64,000 nt of DNA, taken from positions 3,082 to 67,081 of the forward strand of contig CAMBDA010000015.1 in assembly GCA_945865175.1 (NCBI GenBank), read 5' to 3'. The notes below the pieces were generated by a model. The model was not told where the DNA came from. It did no database searches and saw nothing but the letters and a program-made list of their open reading frames with translations. Numbering within the stretch: position 1 is the first letter of the stretch; each line of letters opens with the position of its first letter. This DNA comes from an uncultured Prevotellaceae bacterium. GTDB lineage: Bacteria > Bacteroidota > Bacteroidia > Bacteroidales > Bacteroidaceae. Made by a program: the position numbers and the translations under genes. Positions 10,024 through 18,935 of this stretch are shown here, piece by piece.

Positions 10024-10048
10024 GCCCACTGAAAAGTGGGCTTTTTTT
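10024..10048 (+). terminator. Intrinsic terminator after holA
   Basis: GCCCACT-GAAA-AGTGGGC followed by T7. Confidence 0.75.
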
Positions 10049-10709
10049 GTTGGTAAACAATCACTTAAATCGAAAATCGGCCTCCCAGAACCGCGTCAGA
10101 ATCCGTTTGCTGTACGCTCGTCCGTCCAGAAAGAAAAATGACACGTTTTTCCTGCCCTTTCCACCGAAAATTCACCGTTAACCTTTGTTTACATTCATGT
10201 TCGCGATTCTGTATTCAGAAGTGTGACCATGCGCCAATCGGGAATTCATGAATCAGAATCCCGAACACCCGCGAATGCCGGAGCTTTGAAAAGCCGAAAT
10301 CAAATTCATGAACACGAATTGACGATGACGAACTTTCGGATGAATAAATATCTCCAACTTTGCATATAAATATAACTATTTGCAGTTCAGTAAAATGCGA
10401 GATTTCATAAAGAATAATGAATGAATAAACAGCAAGGAAAATGGCATGATTTTCTCAAGAAATGCCTTTTATTCCCCCTTTTGACGTGCTTTCTTCACCC
10501 ATAATCCCATCAAAGCCAGTCTGGGTGGCTATCATCCTTAAAGTTCATTCTTTAACACGCATGAAGCAGGTTATGAAAGGTGAATATTTGAATTCATGAA
10601 TCTGAACGTTTCAGTGATTTGAAAACGTGAATTCAGATACTTTCAATGGTTCAGAATAGTAAAATTGAGATTTGTGTTCCTGAAATTTGGATATGTAAAC
10701 CATATTTTG

Positions 10710-10717
10710 TACCTTTG
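10710..10717 (+). promoter_or_regulatory. -7 promoter box for the HTH gene
   Basis: TACCTTTG, 46 nt upstream of the ATG at 10764. Confidence 0.5.
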
Positions 10718-10763
10718 TACCCGTAAATACAACCCAAAAAGGGGGGTACCCCCTGACAAGCGT

Positions 10764-11201
10764 ATGAAAGATCGTATATTCCAACTAATGAAAAGGACCG
10801 GCAAGAACCAAAAGGAGTTTGCCGACGAACTGTGTGTAGCCCCTGCCACCCTTTCAGGAATTTTCAAGGGCACTACAAAGCCTTCCACCAACATCGTGGC
10901 TTCTATTCACGAGCGTTTCCCGGAGATCAGTGTGCCTTGGCTCATGTTTGGCGAGGGAGACATGTATGTGTCTGCTGTGGATACAGTGCCTGCCGACAGT
11001 TCCGCGCCCGCCGGTTCCTCCGCCCCGGCCGACATGCAGGGTGCCACGGTTGTGCAGCAGGACCTCTTTGCTGTGCCTTCCACGCAGGCCCCCGTGCAGG
11101 CCGCGATTAGGGAAAGAGTAAAGTATATTGACAAACCACAAAGGAAGATTACCGAAATCCGCATCTTCTTTGATGACGGCACCTACCAGACTTTTACCTG
11201 A
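10764..11201 (+). CDS. XRE-family helix-turn-helix protein with a low-complexity linker and a short conserved C-terminal beta-motif
   Basis: Start trimmed to MKDRIFQLMKRTGKNQKEFADELCVAPATLSGIF (HTH_3-like). A Pro/Ala/Ser linker follows, then KITEIRIFFDDGTYQTFT. Confidence 0.75.
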   Translation: MKDRIFQLMKRTGKNQKEFADELCVAPATLSGIFKGTTKPSTNIVASIHERFPEISVPWLMFGEGDMYVSAVDTVPADSSAPAGSSAPADMQGATVVQQDLFAVPSTQAPVQAAIRERVKYIDKPQRKITEIRIFFDDGTYQTFT

Positions 11202-11317
11202 ATCCTCCTCCCCGGATTGCCCCTCTCCTTTCTTCTCCCTCCCTCCTGTGTGTCGTCTGCGAGGAAGGGAGGTTTTTCTCGTTTTGTGGGCGAAGATTGT
11301 GTTTTTGTGGCAAATCC

Positions 11318-11340
11318 ATGTGGAAATCCACATTTTTTTT
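11318..11340 (+). terminator. Hairpin plus T-run after the HTH gene
   Basis: ATGTGGA-AA-TCCACAT followed by T8. It abuts the pyrK promoter box. Confidence 0.5.
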
Positions 11341-11341
11341 A

Positions 11342-11349
11342 TAACTTTG
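11342..11349 (+). promoter_or_regulatory. -7 promoter box for pyrK-pyrD
   Basis: TAACTTTG, 45 nt upstream of the ATG at 11395. Confidence 0.5.
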
Positions 11350-11394
11350 CCCATACATACACGACAAACCTACATCTATATATAATATAAACCA

Positions 11395-12174
11395 ATGAAG
11401 AAATATCAGTTAAACCTGGTCCTTACACAGGTAGAACCCCTCAACGAACGTTATGCGCTCATCAAGGCACGTCCGCAGGAGGGACCGCTGCCCGAGATGG
11501 TTCCCGGACAGTTTGCCCAGCTCAGGATAGAAGGGAGCGCCACCACATTCCTCCGCCGCCCCATCAGCATCCACTTTGTGGACGAAGCGCAGGGCGAAGT
11601 GTGGTTCCTGGTACAGGTGGTGGGCGACGGCACCCGCAGGCTTGTTTCCATGAAGCCCGGCGACGTGCTCGACACCCTGCTCCCCCTGGGCAACGGATTC
11701 ACCGTCCCCAGTCCCGATGACGGACCATGCCTGCTGGTGGGAGGCGGCGTGGGCATTGCCCCGCTGCTCTATCTGGGCGCATGCATGAAGCGGTCGGGCG
11801 GGCAGCCGGTGTTCCTGCTGGGGGCACGCAAGGCATCCGACCTGGTGGAGCTCCCCCTCTTCCGCCGGTATGGCCCCGTCCATGTCACGACAGAGGACGG
11901 GTCGATGGGCGAAAAGGGATTTGTCACCCAGCATTCCCTGCTACAGGCGCAGCGGTTCGCGCATATCAGCGTGTGCGGTCCGGGCCCCATGATGAAGGCC
12001 GTGGCAGCGTACGCCCGCAGGCAGGACATTGCCTGCGAGGTGAGTTTGGAGAACATGATGGCTTGCGGACTGGGCGCTTGCCTGTGCTGTGTGGAGGACA
12101 CGCAGCACGGCCATGTGTGCGTGTGCAAGGAAGGACCGGTATTTAACATCAATCAATTGAAATGGCAGATTTAA
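11395..12174 (+). CDS. pyrK: Dihydroorotate dehydrogenase electron-transfer subunit
   Basis: 259 aa. FAD/NAD-binding fold (RRPISI) and a C-terminal 2Fe-2S Cys cluster (CGLGACLCC...C). Confidence 0.85.
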   Translation: MKKYQLNLVLTQVEPLNERYALIKARPQEGPLPEMVPGQFAQLRIEGSATTFLRRPISIHFVDEAQGEVWFLVQVVGDGTRRLVSMKPGDVLDTLLPLGNGFTVPSPDDGPCLLVGGGVGIAPLLYLGACMKRSGGQPVFLLGARKASDLVELPLFRRYGPVHVTTEDGSMGEKGFVTQHSLLQAQRFAHISVCGPGPMMKAVAAYARRQDIACEVSLENMMACGLGACLCCVEDTQHGHVCVCKEGPVFNINQLKWQI

Positions 12175-13067
12175 GCGTAAAGATAGGGAATCTTCGGCTG
12201 AAGAACCCCGTGATGACAGCGAGCGGCACGTTCGGATATGGACTGGAATATGCCGATTTTGTGAACCTGGCCGATTTGGGAGGCATCATTGTGAAGGGCA
12301 CCACCCTGAATCCCCGCGAGGGCAATCCCTATCCCCGGATGGCGGAGACGGCCCAGGGCATGCTCAACTGTGTGGGCCTCCAGAACAAGGGCGTGGACTA
12401 TTTCTGTACCCACATCTACCCCCTGATCAAGGATGTGGACACGGCCATGATCGTAAACGTGTCGGGCAATTCGCCGGAAGACTATGCGGCTTGTGCGGCC
12501 CGCATCAACGAGCTCCCCGGCATTCCGGCCATTGAGCTCAACATCTCCTGTCCCAATGTGAAACAGGGCGGAATGGCCTTTGGCACATCGCCCGAGGGGG
12601 CGGCCTCTGTGGTGCGGGCCGTGCGTGCGGCCTACGACAAGACGCTCATCGTGAAGCTGTCGCCCAATGTCACCAGCATCACCGACATTGCGCTGGCCGT
12701 ACAGGATGCCGGTGCGGATGCAGTGAGTCTCATCAACACCCTTATGGGAATGGCCATCGATGCCGAACGGCGCAAACTGGTGCTGAGCATCGGTACGGGT
12801 GGTCTCAGCGGCCCTGCCGTAAAGCCCGTGGCCCTGCGTATGGTGTATCAGGTGGCCCGTGCCGTGCACATTCCTGTGATAGGGCTCGGCGGCATCTCCT
12901 CGGCCACGGATGCGGTAGAGTTCCTGCTGGCCGGAGCGTCGGCCGTACAGATAGGCACGGCCAATTTCATCGACCCCTCTGTGAGCGTGAAGGTGGTCCG
13001 TGGAATCGACGATTACCTGGTCCGCCATGGCTTTGCCAGCGTGCAGGATATTGTAGGACTTTTATAA
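12162..13067 (+). CDS. pyrD: Dihydroorotate dehydrogenase 1B catalytic subunit
   Basis: 301 aa ([20 protein letters not shown]). Overlaps pyrK by 13 nt. Confidence 0.9.
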   Translation: MADLSVKIGNLRLKNPVMTASGTFGYGLEYADFVNLADLGGIIVKGTTLNPREGNPYPRMAETAQGMLNCVGLQNKGVDYFCTHIYPLIKDVDTAMIVNVSGNSPEDYAACAARINELPGIPAIELNISCPNVKQGGMAFGTSPEGAASVVRAVRAAYDKTLIVKLSPNVTSITDIALAVQDAGADAVSLINTLMGMAIDAERRKLVLSIGTGGLSGPAVKPVALRMVYQVARAVHIPVIGLGGISSATDAVEFLLAGASAVQIGTANFIDPSVSVKVVRGIDDYLVRHGFASVQDIVGLL

Positions 13068-13081
13068 AAACAACAGATATT

Positions 13082-14437
13082 ATGATGAACAGAAGAGAAT
13101 TTATCCGTAATTCGGCCCTGTTGGCCGCTGCGGCCGAGATGCCGGAAATCGCCAGGGCTTCCCAGCAGCCGATGGCTGCCGGCCTGCAGGCACAGGCTCC
13201 TGCCGGGGACCGTCTCATCACTTCGCGTCCCATGCTCCAGAACTATGCCGAGGACAGCGTGGGCGTGGCTTTCGCCGTGAGTGCCATGGCCAACGGCTAT
13301 GTGACCTTTGGCCGGAAGCCCGACCTGAGCGACGGGCAGACGGTGAAATGCGGCGGACTGATGGTCACGGACATGAACGACCAGGTGATGCAGGTGCGCC
13401 TGACAGGGCTCAGGCCCTCCACACGCTATTACTACCGCATCGGAGCCGACCGCATCCAGTACAAGGGCGGTTATTCCATGCGCATCGTTGGCAGCGAGCA
13501 GGACGACACCGTCTACAGTTTCACCACGGCCGGCCCCAAGTCGGACGCCCATTTCTGTGTCATCAACGACACCCATGCCCAATGGCGCGCGTTCGGCCCC
13601 ATCGTCGACAAGGTGCTGGAGCTGGCCCCCCAGTGTGTGGTGTGGAACGGTGACGCCACCAATAGCGAAGAAACCATTGCCTCCCAGAAGACCATCTTCC
13701 TTTCGCCCAAGATTGCACACACCGACTATGCTGCGCGCATCCCCTATCTCTTTTGCGCGGGCAACCATGACTATCGGGGTATGGCCGGCAGGCAGCTGGA
13801 GCGCGTGTGGATGAAGCGCCAGCCCGAGGAGCGTGCCTCCCGCGACTGGCAGCTGGGACGCAACTTTGCTGTCCGTATGGGCGACGTGGCCCTGATAGGA
13901 CTCGACACGGGCGAGGACAAGCTCGACACCAACCCCCTCTTGGCCGGCCTGTTTGCAAGCACCCCCTATCGGGAGGCACAGGCAGCATGGCTCAAGGACG
14001 CGCTCCGGCGCAAGGACATTGCCTCGGCCCCCTTCCTGGTGGCCTTTTGCCACATCCCGCTCTTCGACCCCAGGCCGAGGGAGAATCCCGGCGACCTCTA
14101 TCCTGCCGACAAGTCGCCCGAGTATGACAGTGATTTTGCCAGCTGGCAACGCACCTGCTACCAGTTGTGGTCTCCCCTGCTCGAGAAGGCGGGCTGCCAG
14201 CTCGTGGTCACTGCCCATCAGCATCGCTTCCGCTACGACGCACCCGACAAGGCGCACGGCTGGGCACAGCTGGTGGGAGGCGGTCCCGATATGGAAGGCC
14301 CCGACGAGGCGTACCCCACCGTACTGGAGGGACTCGTTTCGGAGGGCAGGCTGCTGATGAGGGTCCACAACATCCGCACGGGAAAGATGGAGCAGGAGTT
14401 CACGTTCGCCCCCCGGGGCAGGAGGCGGAAATCCTGA
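13082..14437 (+). CDS. Tat-signal metallophosphoesterase (calcineurin-like/purple-acid-phosphatase-like)
   Basis: RREFIRNSALLAAAA twin-arginine signal. Metallophosphoesterase motifs INDTH, GDATN, GNHDY, CHIPLF and AHQH. Confidence 0.75.
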   Translation: MMNRREFIRNSALLAAAAEMPEIARASQQPMAAGLQAQAPAGDRLITSRPMLQNYAEDSVGVAFAVSAMANGYVTFGRKPDLSDGQTVKCGGLMVTDMNDQVMQVRLTGLRPSTRYYYRIGADRIQYKGGYSMRIVGSEQDDTVYSFTTAGPKSDAHFCVINDTHAQWRAFGPIVDKVLELAPQCVVWNGDATNSEETIASQKTIFLSPKIAHTDYAARIPYLFCAGNHDYRGMAGRQLERVWMKRQPEERASRDWQLGRNFAVRMGDVALIGLDTGEDKLDTNPLLAGLFASTPYREAQAAWLKDALRRKDIASAPFLVAFCHIPLFDPRPRENPGDLYPADKSPEYDSDFASWQRTCYQLWSPLLEKAGCQLVVTAHQHRFRYDAPDKAHGWAQLVGGGPDMEGPDEAYPTVLEGLVSEGRLLMRVHNIRTGKMEQEFTFAPRGRRRKS

Positions 14438-14506
14438 CCGGAGGCGCGATGGCCCTCTTTTGCAAAAAATAACATATCCGCCTTGGTGCATATACCATAA
14501 ATATAT

Positions 14507-14514
14507 TATCTTTG
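14507..14514 (+). promoter_or_regulatory. -7 promoter box for the ara operon
   Basis: TATCTTTG, 29 nt upstream of the araD ATG. Confidence 0.5.
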
Positions 14515-14543
14515 CAGCGTTAAACAAGAAAAAATAGCGTCTT

Positions 14544-15242
14544 ATGCTGGAAAAACTCAAGGAAACCGTATGGCGTGCCAACCTGGATTTGGTGAAGCAC
14601 AACCTCGTGGTCTTTACATGGGGCAACGTGAGCGGCATCGACCGCGAAAAGGGACTGGTGGTCATCAAGCCCTCGGGCGTGGAGTATGACCGCCTCACAC
14701 CGGAAGACATGGTGGTGGTGGACCTGGCCACAGGCAATGTGGTGGAGGGCACCCTCAACCCCTCTTCCGACACGCCCACCCATCTGGCCATCTATCGTGC
14801 CTTCGGTGATGTGGGCGGTGTGGTGCACACCCATTCCACCTATGCCACCGCATGGGCGCAGGCAGGCCTCGACATCCCCAACATCGGCACCACGCATGCC
14901 GACTATTTCAGAGCCTCCATCCCCTGTACGGAGGACATGACGGAAGCCGAGGTGAAGGGAGCCTACGAACTGGAGACGGGCCATGTCATCGTGCGCCGTT
15001 TCCAGGAGGCGGGCCTCAACCCTGTGCACACACCGGGCGTGCTGGTGAAGAACCACGGGCCCTTCAGCTGGGGCCGCGATGCCGCCGGGGCCGTGTACAA
15101 TGCAGTCGTGATGGAACAGGTGGCCAAGATGGCCTTCATCTCCCTCACCCTCAATCCCCACACCACCATGAACCCCCTGCTGGTGGAGAAGCATTTCCTG
15201 CGCAAGCACGGTCCGGGAGCCTATTACGGGCAAAAAAAGTAG
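14544..15242 (+). CDS. araD: L-ribulose-5-phosphate 4-epimerase
   Basis: 232 aa. Class II aldolase fold ([15 protein letters not shown]). Confidence 0.9.
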   Translation: MLEKLKETVWRANLDLVKHNLVVFTWGNVSGIDREKGLVVIKPSGVEYDRLTPEDMVVVDLATGNVVEGTLNPSSDTPTHLAIYRAFGDVGGVVHTHSTYATAWAQAGLDIPNIGTTHADYFRASIPCTEDMTEAEVKGAYELETGHVIVRRFQEAGLNPVHTPGVLVKNHGPFSWGRDAAGAVYNAVVMEQVAKMAFISLTLNPHTTMNPLLVEKHFLRKHGPGAYYGQKK

Positions 15243-15294
15243 CCGATTCATTTCATTCATTTAAAATCGTTAAACAATCAAAAACTCTAAAACT

Positions 15295-16839
15295 ATGTTG
15301 AAAGCATTTGAACAATTCGAAGTGTGGTTTGTAACGGGCGCACAGCTCCTGTATGGCGGTGATGCCGTAGTGCAGGTAGACGGCCATTCCAAGGAAATGG
15401 TGGAAGGCCTCAACCAGTCGGGCCGGCTGCCCGTGAAGGTGGTCTACAAGGGCACCGCCAACAACACCCATGAGGTGGCCGAGGTGATGGCCGCAGCCAA
15501 TACGGACAAGCGCTGTATCGGCGTCATCACCTGGATGCACACCTTCTCCCCTGCCAAGATGTGGATTCACGGCCTGCAGATCCTGCGCAAGCCCCTGCTC
15601 CATCTGCACACACAATACAACGAGAAGATTCCCTACGACACCATCGACATGGACTTCATGAACCTCAACCAGAGTGCCCATGGAGACCGCGAGTATGCCC
15701 ACATCCTCACCCGTATGCGCAAGCCCCGCAAGACGGTGGTGGGCTACTGGAAGGACCAGAAGACACAGGACCACATCGCCGTGTGGCAGCGCGTGTGTGC
15801 CGGATGGGCCGACGCACAGGACTGCCTCATTCTCCGCTTCGGCGACCAGATGAACAATGTGGCCGTTACCGATGGCGACAAGGTGGCCGCCGAACAGGTG
15901 CTGGGCTACCATGTGGACTACTGCCCCTTCTCCGAGGTGATGCGCTTTTTCGACCAGGTGAAGGACGAGGACGTCACCGCGCTCGTCAAGGACGTCTACT
16001 TCAAGGAGTATGCGGTGGCCGACGCGCTCAAGGACGAGGCCGGCGAGGGCTATCGCAGAATCTGGAACTCCGCCAAGGCCGAACTCACGCTGCGTGCCTT
16101 GCTGAAGGCCTATGGCGCCAAGGCATTCACCACCAACTTTGACGACCTGGGCGACGTGAACGTGGAGACCACCGGCCGCGGATTCGACCAGATTCCCGGC
16201 TTGGCCAGCCAGCGCCTCATGAGCGACGGCTACGGATTCGGTGCCGAGGGCGACTGGAAGAGCGCCGCACTCTGCCGCACCACATGGTTCATGAGCCAGG
16301 GCCTGCCCGGAGGCACTTCCTTCCTGGAGGACTACACCCTGAACTTTGACGGCGACAACACCTCCATCCTGGAGTCCCACATGCTCGAAATCAATCCCGA
16401 TATTGCAGAGGAGAAGCCCCGCCTGGAAGTACACTTCCTGGGCATTGGCGTGCGCAAGGTACAGACTGCCCGCCTGGTGTTCACCACCAAGCAGGGAGCA
16501 GGCGTCACGGCCACCGTTGTGGACCTGGGCAACCGCTTCCGTCTCATCGTGAACGATGTGGACCTCATCAAGAGCCAGCCGCTGCCCAAGCTGCCCGTGG
16601 CCAGTGCCCTGTGGATTCCGCAGCCCAGCTTCGAGGTGGGTGTGGGATGCTGGATGAATGCAGGCGGCACCCACCATTCCTGCTTCAGCTTCGGCCTCAC
16701 CGACGAGTATTGGCGCGACTATGCCGAGATTGCCGACATCGAGTGCTGCATCATCAACAACGACACCACCTATGAAGGCTTCCGTCAGGACCTGCGCGTC
16801 AACGAGGTGTACTACATGTTAAGCAAAGCCCTCCGTTGA
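15295..16839 (+). CDS. araA: L-arabinose isomerase
   Basis: 514 aa. N-terminus FEVWFVTGAQLLYG is typical of AraA. Confidence 0.9.
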   Translation: MLKAFEQFEVWFVTGAQLLYGGDAVVQVDGHSKEMVEGLNQSGRLPVKVVYKGTANNTHEVAEVMAAANTDKRCIGVITWMHTFSPAKMWIHGLQILRKPLLHLHTQYNEKIPYDTIDMDFMNLNQSAHGDREYAHILTRMRKPRKTVVGYWKDQKTQDHIAVWQRVCAGWADAQDCLILRFGDQMNNVAVTDGDKVAAEQVLGYHVDYCPFSEVMRFFDQVKDEDVTALVKDVYFKEYAVADALKDEAGEGYRRIWNSAKAELTLRALLKAYGAKAFTTNFDDLGDVNVETTGRGFDQIPGLASQRLMSDGYGFGAEGDWKSAALCRTTWFMSQGLPGGTSFLEDYTLNFDGDNTSILESHMLEINPDIAEEKPRLEVHFLGIGVRKVQTARLVFTTKQGAGVTATVVDLGNRFRLIVNDVDLIKSQPLPKLPVASALWIPQPSFEVGVGCWMNAGGTHHSCFSFGLTDEYWRDYAEIADIECCIINNDTTYEGFRQDLRVNEVYYMLSKALR

Positions 16840-16842
16840 GCC

Positions 16843-18435
16843 ATGTCCGATGCCAAGACCGTCATCCAGCAGGGCCAGGCCGTGCTGGGTATAGAATTTG
16901 GTTCCACACGCATCAAGGCCGTCCTCACCGACGATGAGGGACACCCCATCGCCCAGGGCAGCCACACGTGGGAGAACCAGCTGGAAAACGGCTTCTGGAC
17001 CTACAGCCTCGATGCCGTATGGAAGGGGCTCCAGGACTGCTATGCCTCGCTCCGCAAGGACGTGAAGGAGCAGTATGGCGAGGAAATCACCTCGCTGGCC
17101 GCGCTCGGCATCAGTGCCATGATGCACGGCTACATGCCCTTTGCGGCCGACGGCCGCATGCTGGCGCCCTTCCGCACCTGGCGAAACACCAATACGGGCC
17201 AGGCCGCAGCCGAGCTCTCCAGCCTCTTCTGCTTCAACATCCCCCTGCGGTGGAGCATCTCCCATCTCTACCAGTGCATCCTCGACGGGGAGCAGCACGT
17301 GGGCGACATCGCCTTCCTCACCACACTGGCCGGCTATGTGCACTGGCAGCTCACGGGCGAGAAGGTGCTGGGCGTGGGTGACGCCTCGGGCATGATTCCC
17401 GTGGACCCCGCCACCCGGCAGTACGATGCCGCCATGGTGGAGAAGTTCGAGGCCCTGGTGGCCCCCAAGGGTTATGGCTGGACGCTTTCCGCCATCCTTC
17501 CGCGGGTGCTCCAGGCCGGCGAGGCGGCCGGCACCCTCACGCCCGAAGGTGCGGCCCTGCTCGACCCCTCCGGCCATCTCCGTCCGGGCGTGCCCTTCTG
17601 TCCGCCCGAAGGCGATGCAGGCACGGGCATGGCAGCCACCAATGCCGTGCGTCCCCGCACGGGCAATGTGTCGGCCGGCACCTCCTCCTTCTCCATGATC
17701 GTGCTGGAGAAAAACCTGTCGCGCCCCTATGAGGTCATCGACATCGTCACCACGCCCGACGGCAACCCCGTGGCCATGGTCCATTGCAACAACTGCACCT
17801 CCGACATCAATGCCTGGGCCCAGGTGTTCGCCCAGTTCCAGCAGCTGATGGGGCAGCCGGCCGACATGGGCACCATCTTCACCCGCCTGTTCCAGGTGGC
17901 CCTGGAGGGCGATGCCGACTGCGGCGGTGTGCTGGCCTACAACTACATCTCCGGCGAGCCCGTGACCGGCCTTTCCGAAGGCCGCCCCATGGTGGTGCGT
18001 TCTCCGCAGGACCGCTTCACGCTGGCCAATCTCATGCGCTCCCATCTCTATGCAGCCGTGTGTGGCCTCAAGATAGGCAACGACATCCTCTTCAACGAGG
18101 AGAAGATTGCCGTGGACCGCATCACCGGCCATGGCGGCTACTTCAAGACGCCCGGTGTGGGCGCGCGCATCCTGGCGGCAGCCCTCTCTTCGCCCATCTC
18201 CGTGATGGAGACGGCCGGCGAGGGTGGGGCATGGGGCATCGCCCTGCTGGCCTGCTATATGGTGAAGGGTGGCGGCCAGCCGCTCGACCAGTGGCTCGAC
18301 TCCGCCGTCTTTGCCGGCAGCAAGGGCGTGGAGATTGCTCCCTCTCCCGAGGATGTGGCAGGCTTCAATGCCTACATCTCCAGCTTCACCCGTGGACTCG
18401 ACATCGAGCGCGCGGCCGTGGCGTGCAAGGCCTGA
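16843..18435 (+). CDS. araB: FGGY-family ribulokinase
   Basis: 530 aa. FGGY N-terminal motif [13 protein letters not shown]. Third gene of the ara cluster. Confidence 0.8.
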   Translation: MSDAKTVIQQGQAVLGIEFGSTRIKAVLTDDEGHPIAQGSHTWENQLENGFWTYSLDAVWKGLQDCYASLRKDVKEQYGEEITSLAALGISAMMHGYMPFAADGRMLAPFRTWRNTNTGQAAAELSSLFCFNIPLRWSISHLYQCILDGEQHVGDIAFLTTLAGYVHWQLTGEKVLGVGDASGMIPVDPATRQYDAAMVEKFEALVAPKGYGWTLSAILPRVLQAGEAAGTLTPEGAALLDPSGHLRPGVPFCPPEGDAGTGMAATNAVRPRTGNVSAGTSSFSMIVLEKNLSRPYEVIDIVTTPDGNPVAMVHCNNCTSDINAWAQVFAQFQQLMGQPADMGTIFTRLFQVALEGDADCGGVLAYNYISGEPVTGLSEGRPMVVRSPQDRFTLANLMRSHLYAAVCGLKIGNDILFNEEKIAVDRITGHGGYFKTPGVGARILAAALSSPISVMETAGEGGAWGIALLACYMVKGGGQPLDQWLDSAVFAGSKGVEIAPSPEDVAGFNAYISSFTRGLDIERAAVACKA

Positions 18436-18466
18436 TTCCAGCCCTCTCTCTACCGTAACATAGCCC

Positions 18467-18509
18467 ATCCGCAAGATAGCCTCAAAAAGGCGCGTCTTGC
18501 GGATTTTTT
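18467..18509 (+). terminator. Intrinsic terminator after araB
   Basis: 10-bp stem ATCCGCAAGA/TCTTGCGGAT followed by T6. Confidence 0.75.
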
Positions 18510-18581
18510 GTTCATTTTGGCCCTTCCGGATTGATTTACATCAAGAAAAAGGCATTTTACACGAAAGTTTTTCCCCGGATG

Positions 18582-18612
18582 TTTGCAGAATTGCAGAAAA
18601 GCAGTAATTTTG
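18582..18612 (+). promoter_or_regulatory. Complete Bacteroidota-type promoter with no ORF downstream
   Basis: TTTG (18582-18585), a 19-nt spacer, then TAATTTTG (18605-18612). Confidence 0.5.
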
Positions 18613-18618
18613 CATCGT

Positions 18619-18692
18619 GTTTTTCATGGTATTAGATTTTTTTTAAGGTTTACAAAAAGATTGGTTGTCGTGATGACAACCTTCTTTTTTTT
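18619..18692 (+). ncRNA. Candidate small RNA of ~70-80 nt (promoter to terminator, no plausible ORF)
   Basis: Bounded by the promoter at 18582-18612 and the hairpin/T8 at 18663-18692. The only ORF inside is 6 codons. Confidence 0.3.
18663..18692. terminator. Bidirectional-looking intrinsic terminator
   Basis: GGTTGTC-GTGAT-GACAACC. An A-run sits upstream and TTCT8 downstream. Confidence 0.65.
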
Positions 18693-18790
18693 ATGTAAAC
18701 GGGAAAAATACGCTGGAATCTTATGGGAATGTAAGGGAGATACAGCTCCGCCTCCACTGCGCGGTGCTGTTGCAGTTAGGGCTTCAAAAT

Positions 18791-18826
18791 AACTGCAACA
18801 ACTGCAACAACTGCAACAGCTGCAAC
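18791..18826. repeat. 9-bp tandem repeat, 4 units (AACTGCAAC x3, AGCTGCAAC x1)
   Basis: Read directly from the sequence. An inverted partner GCTGTTGCAGTT lies at 18766-18777. Confidence 0.9.
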
Positions 18827-18935
18827 GGCAGGTGCCTCCGGAGGGCGCAAAAAACATCCCCGCCACCCCCTCAGGGCCGGGGGGGTGAACGGGGAATGCT
18901 TCAAAAAGGGAAGTACCCAGTCCGGTGGGGAGGGG

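Noticed and set aside
10139-10252. 37-codon plus-strand ORF (MTRFSCPFHRKFTVNLCLHSCSRFCIQKCDHAPIGNS) and the tracked ORFs 10643-10894 (-) and 10854-11354 (-) in or near the AT-rich spacer.
   Set aside because: Codon usage is unlike that of genuine genes here. They have no initiation context, and they overlap the HTH gene or its promoter. They are most likely chance ORFs.
18791-18826. Possible CRISPR-like array.
   Set aside because: The units are only 9 bp and directly tandem, with no spacers. There are no cas genes in the window.
18624-18866. Minus-strand ORF encoding a Cys-rich peptide (…TCRCSCCSCCSCCSYFE…), located just downstream of the sulfur-redox fusion gene. It is tempting to read it as a metallothionein- or RiPP-like precursor.
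   Set aside because: The Cys run is simply the translation of the 9-bp tandem repeat. The frame runs straight through a strong terminator hairpin and an A/T-rich stretch with non-genic codon usage. There is no promoter or initiation context.
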